A DNA stretch of 64,000 nt from the human T2T-CHM13v2.0 reference genome, Homo sapiens, in the NCBI RefSeq assembly GCF_009914755.1, contig NC_060925.1; one strand, 5' to 3'. Below, one piece after another: positions 1-12,832 of this stretch. The notes below the pieces were generated by a model, which was not told the origin of the DNA, did no database searches, and saw nothing but the letters and a program-made list of their open reading frames with translations. The translations under genes and the position numbers were made by a program. The first letter of the stretch is position 1, and each line of letters opens with the position of its first letter.

Positions 1-1160
1 TTCTTACTGGCACCCCAGGATTCAAAATCTGTTACTGTCTCTACTTTTCACAGCAAGAAACTTATTTGTATGGGTAAATAAAAATTTGTCTTCCTTCTTA
101 CCAGGATTTAGTTCAAAATCAATTGTACAACCAAAACCTTACCTCCAGTACCATACTTGTAGCATGACAAGTTTATTGTTAGAGAAACGAGAAACATGGC
201 ATAATCTAAGCACATCTACCCTGGTTATATTATTTTATGGAGGCTGCACTTCCCATAGCCTTTGAGCTTTTCACAACCCTGTGAATTTTAGATAACTGAT
301 AAAATGCAAATGATTTTGTCCATAGACAAAATAGATTTTGTAAGGTAGGGAGAGAATCATTTTTTCCCCATGATGGAGTAAATTAGTTACCCATCTGTTT
401 GTGAATTCACTTCAGTATTCCTGATTGAATTATCCTTCGATCCAGTTATAATACTGGTTCCACATCAATGAGTTAAATAAAATTTTTGCCCTGCTTATTT
501 CATGTTTCTAGGAAAGTCATAATTATATCCTATTTTTAAAATTATATTTTAACATATGCTTAAATATGAGGACATCATTTGGCCTAGTTAGATATAGACA
601 AATGGGAATTAAAGGACGATTGAATCAGAAGCATATTTTTTGTTGTTGTTCTGTTCTGATTTTATGTAGATTAACCAAAGGTCAAAGAGGGAGCAATTAG
701 TGTAATGAACCAAACCATAGGTGGACAACGCCAGAGCCAAGGATCTTAAAATATATGTGGTCAACAATCTTAGAAAAGGACAATCATCCCATGACCTTCT
801 TAGATAAAAATCACCCATACCTATGGGACAAACTTATTCAAGCTAAATTATAAGATCCAAAAAAAGAGTGAAAGGAGATCCAAATTTGCATCTCTTATAA
901 TTTTTGAATTATAAATAGCAAATATGTGGGTCATATAACGGTGCATTATGATCATTTTTTTAAAATGATCTTAAATAAAATGTCTATTCTTAAATAAAAT
1001 TATCTGAATAATTCATCTCATACAATTTAACAAATAATTAAATGTAGGAAATATGCCTGGTTGAAAATCATATCAAGCAAATAGAATCATGAGACTCAAT
1101 TGACTCAATTGACCATAGCTGAAAATAAGCAGATAAGTTAATCTGAACTACAGACACTGG

Positions 1161-1174
1161 GTGCCATCTGGTGG
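1161..1174 (-). promoter_or_regulatory. CTCF motif
   Basis: Minus strand CCACCAGATGGCAC matches the core CCASYAGRKGGCRS fully. Confidence 0.55.
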
Positions 1175-1545
1175 AAGCTCTTATTGTGTCATTATTGTAT
1201 TTATTGAGCATATGTTATGCACATGTCTTTGTGCTACATCCTGAAACTATAATAATAAACAAGATACTATATTTACTCTCAACAAACATATAGCCTTGGG
1301 TAATACTATCAGATACATAAGCGATTACAATATAAGTTACAGAAGTTTTACAATATCTGCCCATTTTATGAAGGCAAATATTCACCTGAGTATTGCTCAA
1401 AGCAATCTGTATAATCAATATTGTTTAAACTGGCTACTTCTTTAAATGGTGGTTTTTATATTACCATGTTTTCATTAAAAAGTAAATGACTTCAATGGAT
1501 TTTTTCAGCAAAAAATCAAAATATGAAATATTTTGAAATTTTACT

Positions 1546-2039
1546 TGTGAAAATACCCGGTTTCTAGTTCTCTTATCCAACAGATACAAGACCTTGGACA
1601 ATTTATTTAACTTTTTGGGCTTTTCTCCATTTCCAACAAAACCACAGAGTTGTGAGACACAAACAGCCTCCATGCAAACAACCTACTGTCTACATTAACA
1701 TCTTAAACGACATAACTTTATCATTCCAGGAAATTCTTGCCTAGGAAGGTAAGTTTCAAATAACTTCACTTAATCCTTCTTTTGCTCTGTCCAGTAATCC
1801 TAAACTATCATATCCAGGGTCCTTATCTAATCCTAATGAAGTCTTACATTGCCCACATTAATAAATCCACTTAAAAAACATAAAACTTCAATTAATGTTT
1901 CAATTTTCCCTTCTCCTCTCTGCCCTACTATTAAAGTCTCTGTTATGGTAATACACTCACGTGCAGTGGTAAGAATAAAATCAGCTTTGTCTTATCAACA
2001 GATTGTCTTGATGTGATTTGGAAAAGTAAATATTCAACA
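1546..2039 (+). mobile_element. Degenerate ERV-type solo LTR (family uncertain)
   Basis: LTR-like 3' part: AATAAA at about 1974 followed by tcagctttgtcttatcaacag..., ending in ..tcaaCA. 5' end uncertain. Confidence 0.4.
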
Positions 2040-5000
2040 ATTTCATTATTTGTTTAAGTAATTTTTATGCTTACCTTTGAAAATGTTTAATGACTTCTTG
2101 GTATATATTTTAACTGTTAAATACTGTTAAAAAAACTGTTAAATAAAAATACATGGAAATGCAATTAATCCATTTACTTTTATGTTAAGAGACTTGTAAA
2201 ATATAACATATATTGTAGAGGAGTTAAGGAGTTAATATTTCAAAAGATAACGTTCTACGGGATTTTGTTACAAATTTTTCCTTATAATTTATATAGTATA
2301 ATTACAAAAGTAATTCTAAAACAAATATCAGTGGGTTATATTTATGTATAGGTAATTTGAAAAATTATAACTTCACTCCTCAAGATTTCACAATAAAATC
2401 AAAACTGTAAAATGAAAAGATTCCAAGTTAATAATCTCTAAAATATCTTCCCATATAGGGAATAATGAATAAAGAGGAAATGAAGAGTACTTCAACTGAA
2501 ATTGGATAAAATATTTTCCCATCCCAAAAGTTACTATAGAATCATTCTTTAATCATTGTACAATATTAAATGTAACCTTTAGCTGCTTTGACAATAATTA
2601 TAAAAATACCTAAAATATTTCTATAATTAAAAACTATAAAAATAACTAAAATATTATACAAGATAATCTCAAATATTATTTTTAGGTTTATATTTATTTA
2701 GATATAAAATAACACTATCAACAGTTTTTCTCTCTATCTCTCATCACTTCTCTCGATATATGTAAAACAGGATGATATAATGGTCACACAATTAACAAAA
2801 TTTTCAAAATTGCATTTTCAAAAAAATTAACTTCCTGACTCTGACTTTGGGGAAACTTATACTGTAGCTATAAAAAGCCATCATGAAGCTTGACTTGTAG
2901 CTTATGCTGACTTTGAGGATGTTTTATATGAAATACATAAGCACCTTAATATTAAAGCCACTGGATAATTTTCACAAAGGTTCCCCCTTTAGAAAATTTT
3001 GATATACACTAAATTTAATTCCATGGTGATTAGTGAATGGCATGTTAGTTTGAGATATGTGCTGTGTCAAGCAAAAATGCAAAGGTGAACAGAGAGTTAC
3101 CCTTGACAATAAGGAGAAAGGCACTAACCAAGGAAGAGTAAATGTTCCCTCTCAAGATGCCATAATAGTGACACACTACCAGTTATCAATGTAGATTGTG
3201 ACAGGAAGAGTAAAGGATAGGTTAATATCACCTCTATTGTGGAAGTTACTTGTTCTCTTTCACAGGATTCAATCTCAGACCCCAGAAAGATATTCCACTA
3301 GTATTTTCAGGCCTCTCTGTTTTCATTTTTGTCCCCAGTTGCCTATGACAGAGTAGAAATTAAAGAGCTCTTTTCTGATTTAAGTTTATTCTTTCTATCT
3401 ATTGTGTCTAATGATGTCATTTTCAGAGTTGTGTGTCTATGTGGGAGATGACCCAAAAGGCGAGAGGCGTAGGTGAGTACGTTTCTTCCCTTTTGACTCT
3501 GATACAATGCAGGTCAACAGACATAAAAATAAATGTAACTTACCCTGCACTCTTATCTTCCACTCTTCCTAGGAGAGAAAAAAGTGTTGCTCATAAGTAG
3601 GCATAATGTTCATATGAATAGTAGAATAAAGGGAAAATGAAGAGTATTTCAACTGAAACTGGGTATATTAATTAATTAATATAATGTTTTTTTATATAAC
3701 CTCAGTACCTTACTTTGGTTTGAATCTCCAGTTTTAATTTTGAAGTGTTAAATAACAAAAGCGTGGCATAAGACTATTTTATATTTAACCAAATAAGTCA
3801 TGTCTTTAAAAACCAGATCAAAATTTTACTCCAAGGCAGAAGAAATAGCATCTAATTCCAAATTTTTGTAAGAAGGTCTGTAAGAGTACGTGTGTGTGTG
3901 TATGTGTATGGGTGTTTGAATGAATTAATGGTAGAAAGATGTTGAGCTGTGTGGTGATCTAATTAAGGGGCATGACTGGGGCCAGAAGTAGAAGACAGAT
4001 AACCTAAAGCCTAAACAGTAAAGCTGAAACCGTGAACAGTGCCAAGGAAGAGAATGCAATGTGAGCCTAATTCTTAACAGATGCCAGAAATAGAAGTAGA
4101 AAATTTGAGTTTTTAAGTAATATTATATTAACCTCTTATAATGTCAATAATAAATTTTATTTCCTATAATAAAGCATTCATATACAATGGCAAAAACAGG
4201 ACTCAAGCTATAAGTTCACATGTCGTGGGCAAGTTTTTTTAATTCTCATTTTGATTCTTTTGATTTGACTGAAAGGGAAGAACTAGTCATAGTGCATTAG
4301 TTTTCACAGAACAATACTTTGAATAACCACTTTAATATAAGATATGCTAACATAACAGACTGTATTTCTTCCAGTAGTTATCAAAAATCAGATTTTTAGA
4401 AAGGTACAATGTAGTATAAAATGTATTCATTGATTGTATAAAGTTCGATTATAGGAAACAGCTATTTGTAATTTTTGTAAAATAAAAGAAAATCCATTCA
4501 TATGATTTGCTAAAAATATAATCTAAGGAAATCCAACAATGGAAATTTCTTTACCATCTGATATGTTTTATTCATGTCTCTTGCATTATTTAAATCGTTT
4601 CTCTTTTTACAAGCAAATAGGACTTATCTTGAAAAAAATTACACACGAATTTTAGAAATTAGAAAAATTTGATATCTTTATGTTAAGCCACAGTGTTCAT
4701 TCAATATAATTATGTAAATCACCAAACTATACTCAAAACAATTTAAGTATTGACCTTAAAGAAATAAAACCTGCAGTCCGTTCTACGGCATATTTAGAAA
4801 CTTTTAATTTCTATATACAGTGATGTTATCCTACATATCAACATTATCAAATAGATTATGTCAGAAAGGTGACCAGTAAAACTTAATTATAATGGAATGT
4901 CATAGTGAGAAATAAACTTAGAGAATTCCCTGTCATCTTCATTTACTAGATGAGGACTCAAAGACAGAAGGCTGATAAAATTTTATACATTTGTACAAAG

Positions 5001-5379
5001 AGTAAATGGTCGATAAAAGCATGAAACCTCAGTTCTATAACGTCAACTTATCACTCTATCCAACTATGTGTTGTCTTCGCCTCTCCAGTCCAAATGAGCT
5101 GGATTAAACTGACATAATACAAAAATAAATGATTTAACTTAAAAGTCAATTGGAAAATAAAAGATTGAAAAACTTATCAATGAAGTATGAGGACAACAAA
5201 GTCACAACCTAAGTAAACATTTGCAAAGTACTGATGAGAAAACAATTCTAATAAAAAACTGAAATCTTTTAGAATACAATTCTAATATACAAAAAAGAAA
5301 AGGAGGGTCCTAGATTGTATTTTTATAGGCTTTAAAAGTTAGATTAAAAGAAAAAACAAATAGTGAAATTCACTTATTT

Positions 5380-6390
5380 TCTCCTTAGATGGGACTGCTA
5401 AACTAATAGAGCAACAAGATCAGTCAGTATTCTGTAAAATACTTGAATGCTATGGCAACATTTGACTTGGTCAAATATAATCTCCTAATAGAGAAGCTAG
5501 AAAAAAAAAACCTAGAAATTAATACAGATCCACAGTGCTGTATCTGAAGCCCCTGAAGTCAAATGTGCTTCAGAGTTCAGTTTTCCATATTTTAGAGGGA
5601 AATGAGGAACACACAGTGTATGTTATGTAATATTTTCAATGGAATGTAAGGCAGTAACATATAATCAAGTACATCAGCATCCTTGCAATAAAACGTGAAT
5701 ATCTGCATTCAACACAAAAATAAAAACTATATCTCACATCTGTCCAAGTCAGGACAGGTTTCAAAGCAAAATGTGCTAAAAGAAAATGGTTCAGTTTCAA
5801 AGCTTTGGAATTTAGCAATTTCCATAAAGGGCTTTGAACCTGTACAAAAAGTTGAAATTTGTCTAATTATTGGAGGTTTCTCATTATTTAATTGAGGATA
5901 TATTTTTTATTATTATTCTGCTAAGATATTTGTCAGTGATGCAAATGAATACATAGGAGCTATTCCTTTAAAATGTGCATATTTGGAATAAACCAGTATG
6001 TTTGAGTATAATTTTCAAGAAAAGAAAATTATTGACAGATTTCTCAAATAGGTCAAATATGTTTTTATTATTATTTTTAATGAGATATGGACACATGCAA
6101 TGCTCTCAAGAGTAGGAGAATCTAGTTCTCCCTAATAGTACTTCAATAAAAGAGAATAGTAATGTGAAGTCTGAGTGTTATCATTGGATTAAACATTGAA
6201 GAGATAGAATTGGGATAGGATTAGAAGGTACACCCTGGAATGTGGTTTGCTCCCAGTAATTTGAAACATTTAAAGAATGGTTAGATGATCACTTGACAGT
6301 TATGCTATAAATGGGAATTAGAAAGCATGAGTTAAAGATCATTACTTTGAGTAGATACATTTTAATGTCATTTTCAATCTTTAGAATCTT
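5380..6390 (+). mobile_element. Ancient L3/CR1 LINE remnant interrupted by the MITE
   Basis: From about 5440 it reads YLNAMATFDLVKYNLLIEKL, resembling CR1 RT YLDFSKAFD.V.H.ILI.KL. CR1-like 3' end at about 6350-6390. Confidence 0.5.
5525..5842. mobile_element. TcMar-Tigger MITE, MER46C-like
   Basis: TA|CAGATCCACA...TTTGAACCTG|TA: imperfect TIRs with TA target duplication. Interior resembles MER46C as I recall it. Confidence 0.7.
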
Positions 6391-7008
6391 TTGTTTTATT
6401 TGGGAAAAAAAACAAAACCCTAAATCCTGAAACGATCACTGCAAAAAAGGATTATAGTCTGTTACTTTTTAAATTGATAAACATGGAGATGTATTCCAAT
6501 GAGTGTTAAACTTACTGTTGTATTTTAAAAATTTGCTTTCATATAATGGTTAAGTTTTGAAAGATTACATTTCGTGAGAAAATACTTTATGAATTTTAAT
6601 GAGGTATGTTTATTTAAATCTAATTTTCTATTCTGTTTTGGGAAATAGTTGTGTGTGTCTTTAAGATAAGACCGTCAGCAAATAAGGCCACAGCAAAACA
6701 GAGATTTTGCTAATTTTTTAAGCCTTTGTTAATTTCTGGCTGACAAGAGAGGTAGTTTAATTAGTTAGCTACTAATATCTGTTTAAATGAGCAGCCAGGG
6801 AACTGTCCATCACAATAAGGATATGCAAAGCCCAGGCCATTCTCTTTGACTCTTTTCAACTATTTCAAAAGAGAAAAGAATAGGTAGATTCCACCTATGT
6901 GTAAATGAAGGGAGAATACTCAAAAAGTAATCACACACACGTAAATACGTAACATACTTTCGAGACAAATTAAGAAAATTGGATTTAAATAAAACAAGTA
7001 AGGTACTT

Positions 7009-7182
7009 ACGTGTGTGTGTGTGATTACGTGTGTGTGTGTATTTTCTTCAAATGTGTGTGGTTACTTTGTGTGTATTTTCTTCATGCCTGTGCGTGTGTG
7101 TGTGTATTTTCTTCAAATGTGTGTGGTTACTTTGTGTGTATTTTCTTCATGCCTGTGCGTGTGTGTGTGTGTGTGTGTGTGT
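7009..7182. repeat. Compound (GT)n minisatellite with a 65-bp tandem duplication
   Basis: attttcttcaaatg at 7041 and 7106; attttcttcatgcc at 7075 and 7140. Confidence 0.9.
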
Positions 7183-7218
7183 AATTTTGGGTTTGAGGTA
7201 TAGGTGCCTTAACAATAA

Positions 7219-7569
<351 letters not shown>

Positions 7570-7585
7570 TAAAAGAAAATATTCA

Positions 7586-7870
<285 letters not shown>

Positions 7871-7918
7871 CTACTGGCAAACAAAATGGACACTCTGGCA
7901 AACTGGGGTATTCAAAGT

Positions 7919-8592
7919 TGAAACAGAACCAGGCAGCCATACCTGCATGAGGGAGCAGTGGGTCACAGACTCTGCATTCCCAGAAATATGTTGTAAAAGT
8001 ATCACAGGACCTCCCTTTCCGCATTTGGCTTGCCAAACCAATGTCTGTTATCCTTGCCAAGATAAACTGAGAGGTTTATCCCCCACCACCAGCAGTTGGA
8101 AACATCTGACAGCGACTTCTAGTTTGGGGCTTGGAAACCAACCAATCAGAACTTACCTACCCTGGCCAATCAAGGCCCAACTTGTATCAAACAATCAGAA
8201 CTCAGCTGCAATGACTAATCTGAATTAAGCAAGCTTCATTCTTTCTATAAACAGACCTGATTGGGAACGTGGACAGGAACTTTGCTATAAAACATGAACA
8301 GTCAGCCAGGCAAGGTGGCTCCCGTCTATAATCCCAGCACTTTGGTAGGCTGAGGGTGGCAGATTACCTAAGGTTGGGAGTTCGAGACCAGCCTGACCAA
8401 AATTGAGAAAACCTGTCTCTACTAAAAGTACAAAATTAGCTGGGGGGTGGTGGCCCATGCCTGTAATCCCAGGTACTCGGGAGGCTGAGGCAGGAGAATA
8501 GTTTGAACCCAGGAGGTGGAGGAGGTTGCAGTGACCGGACGACATTGTGCCATTGCACTCCTGCCGGGGCAACAAGAGCAAAACTCCGTCTC

Positions 8593-8625
<33 letters not shown>

Positions 8626-8768
8626 GTTCTCTGGAATGAATTTTAATGGGGTGTGTTTTATTTAAATCCAATTTTCTTCTTTTGTGTACAAAGGCTGTTT
8701 CCCAAGTTTACAAACCATTCACTGGTATAAAGTCTCTTTCCTCAAATTTCAGAGAACTTTTCTTCATA
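7919..8768 (+). mobile_element. ERV1-class solo LTR interrupted by an Alu
   Basis: Repeated CCAATCA boxes (about 8142, 8166), TATAAAA at 8286, then the Alu, then an R/U5-like part with a variant polyA signal (tataaagtctctttcc). Confidence 0.55.
8304..8618 (+). mobile_element. AluSp-like
   Basis: Full dimer with ggttgggagttcgagaccagcctgacc and caacaagagcaaaact; poly-A tail. Confidence 0.93.
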
Positions 8769-8854
8769 CCAATAATCAGTTATTAGCTTTTACATTTAAA
8801 ATAAAATGGCTTACTAATATATTTCCTAGGTTTGTTTATATAAAAATAGTATGC

Positions 8855-9181
8855 TTTTTATTTATTTATTTTTATTTATTTTTTTATTTATTTATTTTTT
8901 GAGACAGAGTCTTGCTCTGTCGCCAGCCTGGAGTTCAGTGGCTCGAACTCAGCTCGCTGAAACCTCTGTCTCCCAGGTTCAAGCGATTCTCCCGCCTCAG
9001 CCTCCTGAGTACCTGGGATTTACAGGCGCGCACCAGTATGCTCAGCTGATTTATCTATTTGTAGCAGAGACGGGGTTTCACCATATTTGCCAGACTGGTC
9101 TCGAATTCCTGACCTGGTGATCTGTCTGCCTTGGCCCCCCCAAGGTGCTGGGATTACAGGCGTGAGCCACCGCGCCTGGCC
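8855..9181 (-). mobile_element. AluS
   Basis: (TTTA)n tail, antisense dimer, TSD aaaaatagta(t/g)gcttttta. Confidence 0.93.
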
Positions 9182-9880
9182 AAAAATAGTAGGCTTTTTA
9201 TATTGCCTTTGTTTACTGGGAAATTTGGAGAAATAAATGAACGGAATATTTAATAAGATACGTACGTCCTTTGTGTAATTTTTTTCAACCAACATGTTTT
9301 AACATCTTTATATTATCACATATCACGTCAGTAAGAGAAGCAAGTTCATGAACAAATATTACCAATTAATTGGTGTAAGACTCTTTTAGAGGCTGAATTT
9401 TATTGGAAAATTATTATATCCTAAGGCAGATTATGGAATTATAATTCCTATTGAAAATTATGGGGAAGTTAAAAAATTTACTTTGGGGAAATTAAAAAAA
9501 TAGGCAGCATAATTTCAAAAAACCAAAAAACTTGCTACTTCTATAAAGATTGGTCTAATTATGGATATTGGATAAATTAAAATCTATTATAAACCATAAA
9601 TAGTACACATTTCAGCTTTAACTTTAAAATACAATTTGAAAATGAGGGTCTAATCTTTTACTTTCATTCACAAGTGCTTATTAAAATGAAAGAGATAATA
9701 TTATAACTTAATATTAGGACTAATTTATTTAAACTCGATTAAAAAATATTGTCAGCATTGCTATTTTATTTTTATATAAAAGCAGAAAGGACATAATGAA
9801 TGTAATTTTAGAATCTTTTGTAACTTAGTGAGAAACATCATAATGCAAATCACTTTTTTCTCATTAAATTTGATTTAAGT

Positions 9881-9941
9881 ATACACACGCATACACACAC
9901 GCACGTGCATAACACATACTCACACACACACACACACACAC
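9881..9941. repeat. Imperfect (CA)n microsatellite
   Basis: Seen directly. Confidence 0.9.
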
Positions 9942-11019
9942 CCTCAAGAAAAATGTCAGGGAACCCTTCAAAGTGCTAAAACCCAGTTTTTTTCCTCTAA
10001 TTTTCAATTTCACATTTTTGGGATGGTGCCCATTAAAAAAATACATATTAGCAATTCAAAAGCTCCAGCAGAGTGAAAACAAAAGAGAACAAGCCTGATA
10101 ATTCTGGCAATTTCACTTGGAAGAAGACCGCAGAGATAATGAAAATGAAGAATTAGAGTGCTTGGCAAAATGGGATTAGATAGAGAAAAATAATCAAATA
10201 AAGTATTTGTTTAAATGCCAAAACATCATAATTGTTGTTTACTATTCTGTAAATAATTGTGTTAACTAGCAATCTTGTTTATTTTGTCATTATAATAGTA
10301 ACAAACATGAATACACTATTAAACTAAAAATTATTACTTATAAATTGTTTTAATTATTACAAAAGCCATATTTTTAATTTATAGTAACGATTATACACAA
10401 TTCTCATTAAGAACTGGCTCTTCTGACAGTGGATTATAGTTTCTAAACTATTTATATTTCTATATTATTTCTGGCTGAAATTTTCCCAATGGCAACTGTA
10501 TATTTCATTTGTGAATTATAATTAAATAACAAAAATTAAAACGTATTATATGGTTTAATCTCAAAATTAGAGATATAGCAATATTGTTGTTGAACACATA
10601 TATTCAAATTATTTTGGTTATTAATGTGTTTTGATGATTATTTAAAATCACTACCTAGAATACTCCTCTTAATTTATCATTGCACCAAGTGTGTTAACAG
10701 TTAGTGTAGTGATTTATAGTAAACCAACCAACTAGGGTAAAAAGCTTCCTTCTTACTATAGCTTCTTCAATATAACATACAAGAAATAGGAAAAAATTAG
10801 ATTGGTGGGGGAAAGATAAGTAATTACACAATTTATGTTCCAATATACACAAATAAAAGTATAAGCGATTCTTAGATATTATTTATGAAGAAGTAATTGT
10901 AAGTGATTTTTGCAGATAAATGCCGATATAAGAATTAACCACAGTACATTTTTGTTTTAATGCTTTTAACCTATTTGTTCTGATGTTTCCATTTTGCTTT
11001 TGATATCCAAAAAATTGAA

Positions 11020-11180
11020 CTTTATAGCTCAAAGGATCTACAGACATCTAGTTCAGCCTTAATTTTACAAATGAGGAGACTGAGGTCTGAGAAATTAAGT
11101 TACAAAACTGAGTGAATACAGTTGGTTTTTGTCAAAGACAGAAAAGAATACATGCCTCCTTGCTTATAGTCAAGAGGAAA
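11020..11180 (-). mobile_element. MIR fragment
   Basis: Core attttacaaatgaggagactgaggtctgagaaattaagt. Confidence 0.7.
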
Positions 11181-11589
11181 TATTTTAATTGGGATGCACT
11201 TGATCTTTAAATCCAGCATATCCAAATGCAAAGCCAGTGCCTTTGATGGGTGAACAACTGGCTTGCTCTAGGAAATTAAAGACAGATAGAAAGATAGAAA
11301 TAAAAAGAAAAAGTGTATAAAATTAAATAAAACAGAAAGATGAAAAAGTTCTGTCTTCCATGTATTCATAATTTAAGTTAGAAGGTGATTTTAGTGCAAT
11401 ATACATGAAAGAGAAATTCAGGGACATGAGGGGCAAACAAAAGTTCAGCATGTTCTTGTTTTTATTTGTGAATATGTAAAATGGAAATTATTACAGCTGT
11501 TTATAGGAGTAAATAAGATAACATGAAAGCACTAATTACATAATGAAAATATAATATTTAATTTCAATCTCTTTTCCTTTTCTAGTATG

Positions 11590-11948
11590 GATTGATAGAT
11601 AGATATAGACCAGACTATTACCCTATATATATAGTGTAAAATAGTATATATATATATATAGTATAATTTTTTTAACCAACATTTTTGAACATCTTATATA
11701 TATATATATATTTGTGAATAGCTTATTATACACTAGAAATAAGATGTATTAATTTCTTTTTAATTTCTTAAATAAGAAATAATTCCAATCTCTTTCCCTT
11801 TTCTAGTGTGGAAAAGGGAAAGAGATTGAAGTTAAATATTGTTTGATATATATGTACAAACACCACTTTTGCACTATATATATATAAAAAATATATATAT
11901 AAATGTACGTACACACACACGTTTTGCAGTCTCTCTTTCTCCCTATAG

Positions 11949-11979
<31 letters not shown>

Positions 11980-11990
11980 CTACATATAGA
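11590..11990. repeat. (TA)n/(CT)n low-complexity cluster with an embedded inverted repeat
   Basis: Several TA runs, a CT run at about 11949-11963, hairpin at 11786-11828. Confidence 0.85.
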
Positions 11991-12807
11991 TTTGATTCCA
12001 AAACACTTCTGACGTATGTTATAGTCTGTCTTTCACATACGAAGATGTTTAATTATAATTATTTTAAAAATTAGTGTTAAGGCTCAAAGGAGAAAGTATG
12101 TTTCATTATTTTAACTCTATTTTTAACTTTTGCTTAAATAACCCTGGTATATCATAATTTAAGTGACTTTTCAAATAAATTATAGCTCATCCTAATGTTT
12201 TTAATAACAGCTAATATTTTGCCTGATCATAAAATTTACACATACTCATCACAAAAAAGTGAGAGGGAAAACCTATAAAACTTTACACAAGAGATACCTC
12301 AAACGTTTAGGTGGAATACTTGTAGGCTTTTTAGTATATATTTGTATATATTAAAAAAGTAAGACCATCCTAAAATAATTAGAGCACTATTTTATGTTTT
12401 TAAATTTTTATGTGTTTTGTTTTACTTAAATTTGAAGGAATATGAAAGAATTTCCTATTGTATTGAATATCCTTAGAAAATAAAACAATATGTAGTACTA
12501 TTAAAACTGAATTCTCAGTTTTCTGAGCAAACAGTTTAATTGATTTCTTTAAATTTGTATTCTTAATATCTAGTTTTAAATTTGCATTCTTAAGATTTTT
12601 GAGAATTTTTAAAATAAGGATATATTTAATTTATTATGTTAAAATTTTTCTTTGTGGGTTAGAATAAAGTCAAATTGAGTATACATTGCATGACCGTATT
12701 TAAGATGTATGTTACATATTTAGTGCACAAAATTCCATATATCAGTACAATTGCACTAAATTCTATATTTAAATAATCTTTTTTCTTAACACCCCTACAC
12801 TTGGGGG

Positions 12808-12832
12808 GTGTGTGTGTGTGTGTGTGTGTGTG
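12808..12832. repeat. (GT)n microsatellite
   Basis: Seen directly. Confidence 0.95.

Noticed and set aside
7009-7182. CRISPR-like repeat-spacer appearance
   Set aside because: The spacers are themselves duplicated and GT-rich, the context is eukaryotic, and there are no cas genes.
11786-11828. Hairpin as a pre-miRNA
   Set aside because: An 18-bp stem is too short for a Drosha substrate, and a DNA rearrangement explains it better.
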